Shown piece by piece: positions 38,215 through 47,087 of a stretch of 64,000 nt of DNA. Origin of the DNA: a virus (taxonomy: Duplodnaviria > Caudoviricetes); the IMG/VR virus record IMGVR_UViG_3300048881_000780. The stretch is one strand, 5' to 3'. The position numbers were made by a program, and so were the translations under genes. Each line of letters opens with the position of its first letter. Position 1 is the stretch's first letter. A model generated the notes under the pieces. That model saw only the letters and a list, made by a program, of their open reading frames with translations. It did not search any database and was not told the origin of the DNA.

Positions 38215-39093
38215 TCAGATATCCTGTTTTAAGAATAATTGCCCGCGCTGGCGAAGTTTTAACAACCTCTTCATTACTCTATTTGGAGCAACTTCCTTAA
38301 ACTCACCTCTGCGATAATCGACCTTTGAAATCCCAGTATCTTTAATCTCTTTAATGATTCTCCAATAAGGAAATTCTGGAAAGTGAACTAATATATCCGC
38401 TACTAATGAAGTTACTATGGCCGCAGATTGAGAAGTTCCCGATTTAACACTGAGAGCGTCTCTCTTATAAAATGAAATAATATCCTCTCCATCAGCGAAA
38501 ATATCCACTAAGTTACCGTAATTAGAGAAATTTGAAATCTCTCCTCCCTTGCCACTACCGACGCTTAAAATATTGTCCTGATCATAACAGGCCGGGTAGT
38601 AACAACTCTCCTTTCTTAGGTATTCACCTGGATGTTTATTTCCAGCACTTGAGACAATGATAATTCCTCTCTTCTTTGCCTTTTTAACTAACTCTAATTC
38701 CACCTCATCTGGATAAGGACCACCACCTGAATAATTAATTACATCGGCCTTAATATTAAAAATCGCATACTCTAGGGCCCTATTGTATTCCTTCACGGTT
38801 TCCTCTTCTGATAAATAGGGATCTATAGCGAGAGAGACAATCTTTACATCTGGATGAGTATTTAAGGCAATAATTCCGGCCACATGGGTACCATGATTAC
38901 TATTTTTATCAAAATCCCTATAAAGAGAGCGGATTTTACCATTTCTAAATTCTCTATTTTTATCCATTAGAAACTTATTTTTTAGCGATTTATCAAAGCT
39001 CCCAAGGCCAGTGTCGATAACCGCAACAACAATATCCCCAGCATGAGAATTGATAGCGATAAGTAAATAAAGAATCACAAGAACTTTTTTCAT
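38215..39093 (-). CDS. Secreted S8 subtilisin-like serine protease (no evident propeptide)
   Basis: VIDTG, HGTHVAG, SAGN, GTSQ; signal peptide leads directly into the catalytic Asp strand. Confidence 0.92.
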   Translation of the reverse strand: MKKVLVILYLLIAINSHAGDIVVAVIDTGLGSFDKSLKNKFLMDKNREFRNGKIRSLYRDFDKNSNHGTHVAGIIALNTHPDVKIVSLAIDPYLSEEETVKEYNRALEYAIFNIKADVINYSGGGPYPDEVELELVKKAKKRGIIIVSSAGNKHPGEYLRKESCYYPACYDQDNILSVGSGKGGEISNFSNYGNLVDIFADGEDIISFYKRDALSVKSGTSQSAAIVTSLVADILVHFPEFPYWRIIKEIKDTGISKVDYRRGEFKEVAPNRVMKRLLKLRQRGQLFLKQDI

Positions 39094-39097
39094 GTGA

Positions 39098-39105
39098 CTA
39101 TTATA
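39098..39105 (-). promoter_or_regulatory. Class II promoter motif (TATAATAG), leaderless geometry
   Basis: TAAAAAAATT-TATAAT-AGTCAC-ATG. Confidence 0.55.
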
Positions 39106-39124
39106 AATTTTTTTAAGGACTAAT

Positions 39125-39346
39125 ATGAGAGTTAAAAAAGCGCTAGAAGATATATCAACACTACCCCAGGCAAGATGGTTTTTTCATTCCTATAAGTCTG
39201 TAATCACTACAGAACAACAAGAGTGTCTACTAATTAGAATTGAAGAGATTAAGTGTTTTTCTAATACACGAGACTGGGAAATAGCAAGTCTTAATGAGCT
39301 CATTGAAGATATCAAGGAAGAATTTAAAGAGTGTTCTTCCAATTAA
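39125..39346 (+). CDS. Small hypothetical protein
   Basis: 73 aa, AAGGA SD. Confidence 0.6.
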   Translation: MRVKKALEDISTLPQARWFFHSYKSVITTEQQECLLIRIEEIKCFSNTRDWEIASLNELIEDIKEEFKECSSN

Positions 39347-41226
39347 TTATGGGTAACACTCTCAATTCTTTTTGCGTAAATAACATTATTAATATTCATT
39401 CCTCGATAATCACTTCTTAGACATTTAGTTATCTCTACATCTTTTGATATAGTTTTATAAGAAACGATTCCTTCACTAGCAAATGAGATATTATTTATTA
39501 AATCTTCCTCTGATTCGTAAATATCAATGATTGCATTCTTAATGTGATTCGAAAGAGAAGTCTTTGCTTTTCTAATATCTCCAGATAGATCATTGGTATC
39601 TAAGTAATCACTGATAAAATCTCTCGATATCTCAATTTCTCCTCTAACAATCTCAAGACAAGTTGATATTTCACCACCAAGACACTTACTAAATATTGAA
39701 CTAATTTGAGGGGTACCAAGAGGCTTGAATATAAAATCTCTACTTACTCTACTCATAAACTCTGGAGAAAAAGTATTCTTTAATTCATCGTTTCTAATTC
39801 TATCTCTCTTAACTTGTAAACTATCTATACTATTTAATCCAACAAGTTTAGTTCTAGAACTCTCTTTCTCTCCCACATTGGAGGTCATTATGACTATTAA
39901 ATTAGAAGCTGAATAATCACCAACTCGATTATCGTAACCTATACCTGTATCAAGTAACTTTAATAAAATATTTATTATCTCAGGCGGGGCCTTTTCTATT
40001 TCATCAATAAGCAGAATCTTTAATCCAAGTCCGGCCTCTTTTATTTTAATGTGAAGACTTCCACCTCGAGTATCTCCCTCGTAACCCCTAGGAGATCCTA
40101 TAAGGGCCCACGAATCTTCTTTTGTTGTAAAATTATTAAAATCTAACCTAATTAAAGGAATATCTAATGTTTCCTTTAAAATAGTCGCGCTAAATGTTTT
40201 TCCACACCCTGAAGGACCTCTTATTAAGTAAACTCCCACTGGAGCATTATCAGTTGATTTAACTGAGTGCTCTAGAATTCGTAAATCTTTCACTAATTCA
40301 CTTGAGAACTCTCTACAATGCTCCAACTTATTTTTAAGCTCTTTAATTTGATCTTTATTGAATTTAGTTTTTCCAACTTTGAAATTATCATCAACATATT
40401 GAATTAATTTATCTTCTAATTCCTCTTCATCTTCTCTGTCAAAAGAAATTAGAAAATGTATTAATTCATTTAGCTTCATCGCAATAGCTTTCTTTCCTTG
40501 ATAACTGCAATAACTCTTAATAAGTTTGATCGTTGAACTAGAGAAGCTTTTTAAATCAAATTTAAATTGATTTTCATGGTAGCACTTAATCCTATAAGAT
40601 GAATTAAAGTAGTCCCAAATGGCCTGCTCGTCACTTTTAAGTTGAGTAACATAGAATAAATTCAAGAAGTCACTAAATACCTCTTTAATCACCTTACTCT
40701 TCTCTTTGTCACAAAAGATATATATCAAAGACTTTCTATTCTTTAATTCCTTTATGATATCCATTACCTCATTGGAAATTTCTTTAAGTATAAAGAGGTT
40801 ATCATGGGCCTTCTCATCTTGGGCCACTTCAGTGAGAATTGATAAATCTAGAAAAACACAATCCGAATCCAATTGAGATAGAATATCTCTTCTAAATTTA
40901 TTTAAAGTAAGAGATATATTATCACTTCTAAAAGAATTCACATAACTTGAGTAATTCATCTCTACTAAAGAGTCTTCATACTCTATTAAAGTGTTAGTTA
41001 AAACTAGCGACGTACTACATTGAATAGATAGATCAAGAAAATCGATCTTCGTCTCATCCTCTTCGTTAACATGGACTTCATCGCCAATGGCCTCAAATAG
41101 ATTACTTCTTAAATGTTTTGAGATTTTCTTTCTGGCAAATAACTGAGCATCATACTCAACTAACACCCCTTGAACATTCTTATTGTTCAGTCCATCCATG
41201 GACTCTTTAACAATATTTGTTAACAT
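39343..41226 (-). CDS. Clp/Hsp100-like ATPase retaining only NBD2
   Basis: GPSGCGKT, GSPRGYEG pore loop, IDEIEK, TSN, FSPEF..R; no Walker A in the N-terminal half. Confidence 0.85.
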   Translation of the reverse strand: MLTNIVKESMDGLNNKNVQGVLVEYDAQLFARKKISKHLRSNLFEAIGDEVHVNEEDETKIDFLDLSIQCSTSLVLTNTLIEYEDSLVEMNYSSYVNSFRSDNISLTLNKFRRDILSQLDSDCVFLDLSILTEVAQDEKAHDNLFILKEISNEVMDIIKELKNRKSLIYIFCDKEKSKVIKEVFSDFLNLFYVTQLKSDEQAIWDYFNSSYRIKCYHENQFKFDLKSFSSSTIKLIKSYCSYQGKKAIAMKLNELIHFLISFDREDEEELEDKLIQYVDDNFKVGKTKFNKDQIKELKNKLEHCREFSSELVKDLRILEHSVKSTDNAPVGVYLIRGPSGCGKTFSATILKETLDIPLIRLDFNNFTTKEDSWALIGSPRGYEGDTRGGSLHIKIKEAGLGLKILLIDEIEKAPPEIINILLKLLDTGIGYDNRVGDYSASNLIVIMTSNVGEKESSRTKLVGLNSIDSLQVKRDRIRNDELKNTFSPEFMSRVSRDFIFKPLGTPQISSIFSKCLGGEISTCLEIVRGEIEISRDFISDYLDTNDLSGDIRKAKTSLSNHIKNAIIDIYESEEDLINNISFASEGIVSYKTISKDVEITKCLRSDYRGMNINNVIYAKRIESVTHN

Positions 41227-41449
41227 TATACCTCCTGTATTTATAAATTCATTTTGGTGATGAATGAATAAATTATACTTAAGAGTATTATTTGCTCATA
41301 AGTTTTTTTTCTAAAGATTCCTTAAGAAAACCTTTAAATCCGAGAAAAAATATTTAGAAATATGACAAAAATGTTGTTTTTTGAAATCTTTTTTTTTAGA
41401 TGTTTTTTGTTTATGGATTTTTTCTCAAGAGTTCTTGATTTAAATAAAT

Positions 41450-41476
41450 AAAAAAAGAGGGCATACGCCCCCTCTT
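41450..41476 (-). terminator. Rho-independent terminator of the pilin pair
   Basis: Minus strand AAGAGGGGGCGTATGCCCTCTTTTTT. Confidence 0.8.
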
Positions 41477-41499
41477 CTTTCAAAACCTATCTTTATTTA

Positions 41500-42180
41500 T
41501 TACAGTTGAGCTGTAAAAGTAAAAGTAATTGTATCAGTGTAAACACCTGATGCTAGTTGATCAATAACACCAGCTGGTGCCTTTTGGATGAAAACACCCA
41601 TCTCTACTGGAGCAACTAGACCCGCTGTAGCACTCTCTGCTGAAGCATCAAGTGTATTTTGAGATCCTGTAACTCCGTTTGTTTCAAGACTTACAATATT
41701 CTTCGCTGAACCTGACATCATTGAGCTTGCATCACTATATACAGAGTTCATTTTTGCACCAATTGCTAGATCAGAAGAAATCCCTGAACCTTGGTGGTTA
41801 TCTAGCATTTCCATTTTAACTTCATAAGGAATATGAAATCTAGCGTCAGCGAAATCAGTGTCTCCACCAGCGATTTGCGCATCGTCAGTCATCTTTCCTT
41901 TTGCACTTGAAATTTCTAAATCAAACTTATCATTTGATTCGATTTCAACTTTAAAAAGAGGATCAAGACTAACACTTCCGTCTCTGATAGAGTCGATAGT
42001 GAAATCAGCATATCTTCTATCTTCTTGACTAAGAACAGTTGAACCATCCTTAATAGTCATGTGAGCAACTTGAGGAACTTCTAATTGAAGAGTCTCTGAA
42101 TCGCTTGCACTTAGGATATCTGCTGCATTAACAGAGTTAACCATTAATCCAAGAAGTAGTGTAGTTAATAGTTTATTCAT
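41500..42180 (-). CDS. Chaperone-usher pilin-like subunit
   Basis: Signal peptide; IPYE; C-terminal GVYTDTITFTFTAQL. Confidence 0.78.
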   Translation of the reverse strand: MNKLLTTLLLGLMVNSVNAADILSASDSETLQLEVPQVAHMTIKDGSTVLSQEDRRYADFTIDSIRDGSVSLDPLFKVEIESNDKFDLEISSAKGKMTDDAQIAGGDTDFADARFHIPYEVKMEMLDNHQGSGISSDLAIGAKMNSVYSDASSMMSGSAKNIVSLETNGVTGSQNTLDASAESATAGLVAPVEMGVFIQKAPAGVIDQLASGVYTDTITFTFTAQL

Positions 42181-42197
42181 AAATATCTCCTTCTAAA

Positions 42198-42869
42198 TTA
42201 TAGAATTTCAATTGAAAAAGTTAATACATCTGAGAAAACACCTCTATGAAGCTGTCTTGCTTTCAGTGGTGGCATTTTAACAGTTAGACTTCCACTCTCA
42301 TCTCCAACTACACCAGCTGATGATTTTGATGGCTCTGCTACAAGAGGATCTACAAATAGATTCTTTGCAGTCTTATGAGAATCTGAAATACTTAGTGCTT
42401 GTGCTTCACAGTCAACCTGAGTAAGTGCGGCACCGTAACCAAGAGCATTTGAAACTGCTTGAGTTGGAAGACTCTCTCCAGATGCACCAAATAGAGAAGC
42501 AGTATCCCCTGCTAGTTGGTAAGGAATTGAGTAAGCTGAACAAAGTTTAGCACCTTGACTTCCAAAATTTAATCCGTCAATGGCAGAGTGTCTAAGAACA
42601 AATCCATTTTGAGACTGAACTTTAACTTCCCAGTTCTTCATATTTGAATACATTCTTAAATCAATACTAGAGTCAGCTAGAACTTCATCTTCGCTGGCCA
42701 TAATACCTTTATCCATTTGGGCCTTATTAGTAATTTCAATTTCAACTTTCTTCTCGATATGAGTATGTAAGTTAAATTGTCTATCTTCTGCTGTAAACTC
42801 TGCACCAGGATCAGCAAATGAGAAACCTGACGATAATAGAGCAAGACCAATAATTGTTTTCTTTAACAT
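42198..42869 (-). CDS. Chaperone-usher pilin-like subunit
   Basis: Signal peptide; SQNGFVL, IPYQ; C-terminal GVFSDVLTFSIEIL. Confidence 0.78.
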   Translation of the reverse strand: MLKKTIIGLALLSSGFSFADPGAEFTAEDRQFNLHTHIEKKVEIEITNKAQMDKGIMASEDEVLADSSIDLRMYSNMKNWEVKVQSQNGFVLRHSAIDGLNFGSQGAKLCSAYSIPYQLAGDTASLFGASGESLPTQAVSNALGYGAALTQVDCEAQALSISDSHKTAKNLFVDPLVAEPSKSSAGVVGDESGSLTVKMPPLKARQLHRGVFSDVLTFSIEIL

Positions 42870-42909
42870 ATTTTTCCTCCAAAATTGTTTTTAAAATCCA
42901 ACTTCCCCA

Positions 42910-42917
42910 CTATTATA
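42910..42917 (-). promoter_or_regulatory. Class II promoter motif (TATAATAG)
   Basis: TAAAAAAATA-TATAATAG. Confidence 0.55.
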
Positions 42918-43052
42918 TATTTTTTTAAAAAAAATTTAAAAGTTACCAATCCTCCCAATTAAAGACCTCCTTTATGTACAATTCTCACATTGAATACCCC
43001 TACATAGTGAATTCAGCAACTTACAAGAAATGGGTAAAGTTGTATGAAATAT

Positions 43053-43067
43053 TAACACCTTATGTTA
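43053..43067. promoter_or_regulatory. Palindromic operator overlapping the extended -10 of recD2
   Basis: TAACACCTTATGTTA running into TATAAT, 7 nt before ATG. Confidence 0.8.
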
Positions 43068-43078
43068 TAATATAGCCT

Positions 43079-45244
43079 ATGAAAGTAACTGCGTCTTTAA
43101 AGAGAGTGATTTATCAAAATGAAAAGAATTGGGGTATCTATATCTTTTCTATAAAGGATTCCTTTAAAGATATCAAAGTAACTGGAGTTATCAATAAACC
43201 TGTAAAGGGTGTGAATTTCTCGCTAGATTTAGAATCAATATCAAATAATGAATATGGTGATCAATATAAGATAAACTCGATTATCTTAGAGACGGATTTA
43301 AATGACCCCGCGCAAATACTCGCGGTACTAAGCAGTGGCCTTATACCTGGAGTGAGAGAGAAGATGGCCCTAACTCTCCTTAAGGAGTTCAGGGAAGATA
43401 TTGGTGATATTATTAAAGACCACCCTATGGAGCTTACTAGAATTAAAGGTATTACTAAAAAGAAGGCCCTATTAATTCAAGAAGCTTGGATAAATATTGA
43501 AGTAAATAGTCACTACTTAAGTATTTTAATTGCTAAAGGATTCACTAAAAACAGGGCCCAATTTATTTGCGAAAATCACGATCAACCATTTATAGAGAGC
43601 GCTCTTTTAAATCCCTATGAATTCACAAAAGTTAAAGGAATTGGCTTTAGATTAATAGATGAGCTCGCCGTGGCAAACTTTAAAATAGAAAGAGATTGTA
43701 TCCATAGGATTCGATCTGGAATCAAGTGCGCTCTAAAGGAATCTCAAACTAATGGGAGTTTCTATATTAATGTCATAGATCTGACAAATAGAACCACTGA
43801 ATTATTTAAAGGTGACTTTAGCTTCGATGATATCTTTATAAAGATTAAACAAATGGCAAAAGAAGATAATCTCCTACATCACTGTAAAGTAGATGGAGAA
43901 GTATACTTGTGCTTTCCAAAAGATAGAGAATTGGAAATAAAATTAGCGCAAGAAATTGAGCGACTTAAAGAAGAGATTGAAATTGACTACTCAAAGGCCA
44001 ATGAGGCCATGGCCCAAGCAATTGATGACATTGGCTATCCATTAGATGAAATTCAAAAGATTGCCATATTAAAATCACTAGGAAATAGGATTTCAATCAT
44101 TACAGGTGGTCCTGGTAGAGGTAAAACCACCGTCGCTAGAACACTAATTGAAACACTGGAAAACCTCGAGGGAAATAAAGTTACTTATCTAAATGCCCTA
44201 TCAGCTAAGGCCGCAAAGAAAATCGGAGAATCCTGTCAAAGGGATTCCTCTACTCTACACTCACTACTTAGAATTGGTGGTGACGAAAGTGCAGAAATTA
44301 ACTTAGGTACAATTCATGGTGATCTTTTTATTATCGACGAGAGCTCTATGGTTGGTTCAAGTCTATTCTACACTTATCTAAGTGTTATTCCTTCTACTGC
44401 CCGAGTTGTAATACTAGGAGATCCCGATCAGCTACAAAGTATTGATTGTGGTAATGTTTTAAGAGATCTTATCTCTTCTGGAAAAATCCCTGTTACCACT
44501 CTTGAGAAAATTTATAGAGTTAAGAATGGGTCTGAAAATATCATTATTAGCTCTGATAAAGTTATCCAAGGTGAAATTCCAACGATTGAAGATTTTGACC
44601 AGTCAATTGTTTCACAAAGTGTAGGTTTCCTAAAAACAGATGATGTTAAAAATATTTGCGATATCTTTCTTAGTTACGAAAGAAGGAGAATAGATTCGCA
44701 GATATTATCTCCATACAAAAAAGGAGAGCTTGGTACAGAAAATATCAACAAAATAATTCAAGCTAGATACTTTTCTCACCTTGGTGATGATTGCTTTATG
44801 AGTAAAAAACATAAAGATAAGAGATTTTATATAGGTGATCGAGTTATTCAGACCCAAAACACTAGATATAGTGACATATATCTATGTAATGGTTCTATCG
44901 GTGTCGTTATTGATTACCTATATAAGAAAGATGGCACTATAAAAGGAATAATAGTTGAATTTGACGACATTATTGTTGAGATTATAAGTCCTACTCACAT
45001 AGAACTAGCGTACGCTACGACTGTTCATAAAGCACAGGGAAATGAGTACAGCTGTGTTTTAATGGCCGTATCAAAGGCCCATTACCACTTAATGAGTCGA
45101 GAACTCCTTTACACTGGAATGACTCGAGCAAAGGAGAAATTAATTCTCTTTGGAGATAAGAGAGCATTAAGTTTATACTGTATAAAAGAAAACCAAAAAA
45201 GAATCTCTTTTCTAAAAGAAGAGATCTTAAAGTTAGTATCTTAA
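43079..45244 (+). CDS. recD2: RecD2 SF1B helicase
   Basis: N-terminal OB/HhH regions, GGPGRGKT, DESSM, GDPDQL, AYATTVHKAQG, LLYTGMTRAK. Confidence 0.93.
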   Translation: MKVTASLKRVIYQNEKNWGIYIFSIKDSFKDIKVTGVINKPVKGVNFSLDLESISNNEYGDQYKINSIILETDLNDPAQILAVLSSGLIPGVREKMALTLLKEFREDIGDIIKDHPMELTRIKGITKKKALLIQEAWINIEVNSHYLSILIAKGFTKNRAQFICENHDQPFIESALLNPYEFTKVKGIGFRLIDELAVANFKIERDCIHRIRSGIKCALKESQTNGSFYINVIDLTNRTTELFKGDFSFDDIFIKIKQMAKEDNLLHHCKVDGEVYLCFPKDRELEIKLAQEIERLKEEIEIDYSKANEAMAQAIDDIGYPLDEIQKIAILKSLGNRISIITGGPGRGKTTVARTLIETLENLEGNKVTYLNALSAKAAKKIGESCQRDSSTLHSLLRIGGDESAEINLGTIHGDLFIIDESSMVGSSLFYTYLSVIPSTARVVILGDPDQLQSIDCGNVLRDLISSGKIPVTTLEKIYRVKNGSENIIISSDKVIQGEIPTIEDFDQSIVSQSVGFLKTDDVKNICDIFLSYERRRIDSQILSPYKKGELGTENINKIIQARYFSHLGDDCFMSKKHKDKRFYIGDRVIQTQNTRYSDIYLCNGSIGVVIDYLYKKDGTIKGIIVEFDDIIVEIISPTHIELAYATTVHKAQGNEYSCVLMAVSKAHYHLMSRELLYTGMTRAKEKLILFGDKRALSLYCIKENQKRISFLKEEILKLVS

Positions 45245-45246
45245 TA

Positions 45247-46314
45247 ATGGCATTATTTTTTAACCCCAATTTAACTATTGATGACAATATTGTAGAAGTA
45301 ATTCTAAAGAGCTCTAAATTTAATAAGAGTGAACTTCGTCACATAAGATCACTGGTTGCCAATATTGTATTAAATACCAATTGTTATATTCCACTTAATA
45401 ATAGATTTTGGCCCAAGTTGAGCGAGAGGTATAACCCTCAAAAGTTAAATTACAATGGTCTTCTTAAGGCCGTTGAAACTCTTGAGGCCAAGAAGATTAT
45501 TTCTAAGTCTTGGGCGCCTGGCATGAGAGCAACTAAGCTTGATACCCTTTGTGATCTAGATCTCTATAAGGCTGGAGTTAAATTTTGCTACAATAGAGAA
45601 CTCATTGTTCTTAGAAGTGAATTTAGAGAACCCCTTCCCTATGAAGATACTAATAGATTATCAATGCAAAGAAGAGCTCTTAAGAAGATTAATGATCTAA
45701 ATGCTTCATTTGACATTGAACTTGGTAACTCTAAACTAGAAACCGATTTAACCAGATTATACAAAATTGACTTCAACTCGGGGGGAAGATTCTTTGCTCC
45801 CTATCAATTTATTGAAAAAGATAAGAGAAAGTACATAACTATTAACAAAGAAAAGACTGTCGAAATTGATTACCAGTCTATGCATATCTACTTGGCATTT
45901 CATCTTCTAGGACAAGTCGCTCCGGTTGGGGATTTTTATAATCACCCATTTATCCAAAGAGACATTGTAAAGTTAGCAACACTTATCTCCTTAAATGCTA
46001 AGAGCTTTAAAGAGGCCATATTCGCGCTCTCTAAGAAAACAGGACTAAGTGACTTAGATAGTGAAAATATTCTAAGATCAATTACAGCTAATTCTCCCTA
46101 CTTTAATGAAATATTCTATTCAGGGATTGCCCTTAAGTTACAAAAACTAGAAAGTGATACTATCTTTGATATTATGAAATATGCTACAAAGAAGAAGCTT
46201 CCTCACTTAGTGGTTCACGACTCATTTATAGTTAGAGAAAAAGAGCAAGAAATCGTTCGCGCCATGATGATTGATATTCCTAAGAAATTAAATGATTTAA
46301 ATCTCTACTTGTAA
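45247..46314 (+). CDS. Stand-alone family-A nucleotide polymerase-like (palm) protein
   Basis: GGRF....Q, motif A EIDY, LQ..ES, motif C VHDS; 2 nt after the recD2 stop. Confidence 0.7.
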   Translation: MALFFNPNLTIDDNIVEVILKSSKFNKSELRHIRSLVANIVLNTNCYIPLNNRFWPKLSERYNPQKLNYNGLLKAVETLEAKKIISKSWAPGMRATKLDTLCDLDLYKAGVKFCYNRELIVLRSEFREPLPYEDTNRLSMQRRALKKINDLNASFDIELGNSKLETDLTRLYKIDFNSGGRFFAPYQFIEKDKRKYITINKEKTVEIDYQSMHIYLAFHLLGQVAPVGDFYNHPFIQRDIVKLATLISLNAKSFKEAIFALSKKTGLSDLDSENILRSITANSPYFNEIFYSGIALKLQKLESDTIFDIMKYATKKKLPHLVVHDSFIVREKEQEIVRAMMIDIPKKLNDLNLYL

Positions 46315-46376
46315 GACATTGAATATTGGTAATTCATGTAATTATTCTATGTCAATGATCACCTAGTGACATTAGT

Positions 46377-46889
46377 TTGTTACATCTAAGTAAATTAATT
46401 ACGATAAATATTATAATGAAACTAGGTTTCAAAATATTAGAATTGGTAATTATGAATTTTACGATTAATAAGAACACATTTATTCTAGAAAAATGCAAGA
46501 AGACTGTAGTCGAAGGACAACTAGTTCCAGACTACCCAAGAAAGCTTGTTATTTTAAAAATACTACAGGCCATAATCTTAAGACCAGGTAAACTAACTGG
46601 AAACGAAGTATTCTTTATTAGAAAAGAATTTGGACTATCTAAGGTAAAGCTTGGACAAATGTTTGGAACAAGTCACACTGCCGTAGCTAAGTGGGAAGCC
46701 AGTAAGAATCAGGCAAGTTGTATGGATTTATTAAAAGATAAAGAGTTAAGACTCTCTATTTTTAAATATATTGCTAAAGAGGTTAAATTATCACAAAGAC
46801 AAATTGAAAGTGAGTTTTTTAACCTATATCAAAATATTCCAAAGATTCAAAAAAAGAAGAGCTCACCTATTAAAGTCATTATGGAGTAG
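46377..46889 (+). CDS. XRE HTH protein (MqsA/HigA-like); true start probably downstream
   Basis: LTGNEVFFIRKEFGLSKVKLGQMFGTSHTAVAKWE. Confidence 0.8.
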   Translation: MLHLSKLITINIIMKLGFKILELVIMNFTINKNTFILEKCKKTVVEGQLVPDYPRKLVILKILQAIILRPGKLTGNEVFFIRKEFGLSKVKLGQMFGTSHTAVAKWEASKNQASCMDLLKDKELRLSIFKYIAKEVKLSQRQIESEFFNLYQNIPKIQKKKSSPIKVIME

Positions 46890-47079
46890 TTCTGTTAAAA
46901 GCAGATCTTAAAGCATCTAAAGCCTCATCACCCAGCGAGTGCTCTTCTTTTACTTTTAGACATTCTTCAAACTCTTCGTCTTTGTATCTTTCAACATCTA
47001 GAACGAGATCCTCCATTGAGAACTCTGCCCCTAAATCCCTATGTCCATATTTTTCTTCAAAGTATTTCATATAACTCAT
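46879..47079 (-). CDS. Small acidic hypothetical protein
   Basis: 66 aa, SD present, follows the pentapeptide gene. Confidence 0.55.
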   Translation of the reverse strand: MSYMKYFEEKYGHRDLGAEFSMEDLVLDVERYKDEEFEECLKVKEEHSLGDEALDALRSAFNRTTP

Positions 47080-47087
47080 AGTAAATC

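Noticed and set aside
38215-41226. IetAS-type AAA ATPase plus S8 protease system
   Set aside because: The protease is secreted and short, the ATPase is Clp-NBD2 type, and they are separated by an opposite-strand gene and have separate promoters.
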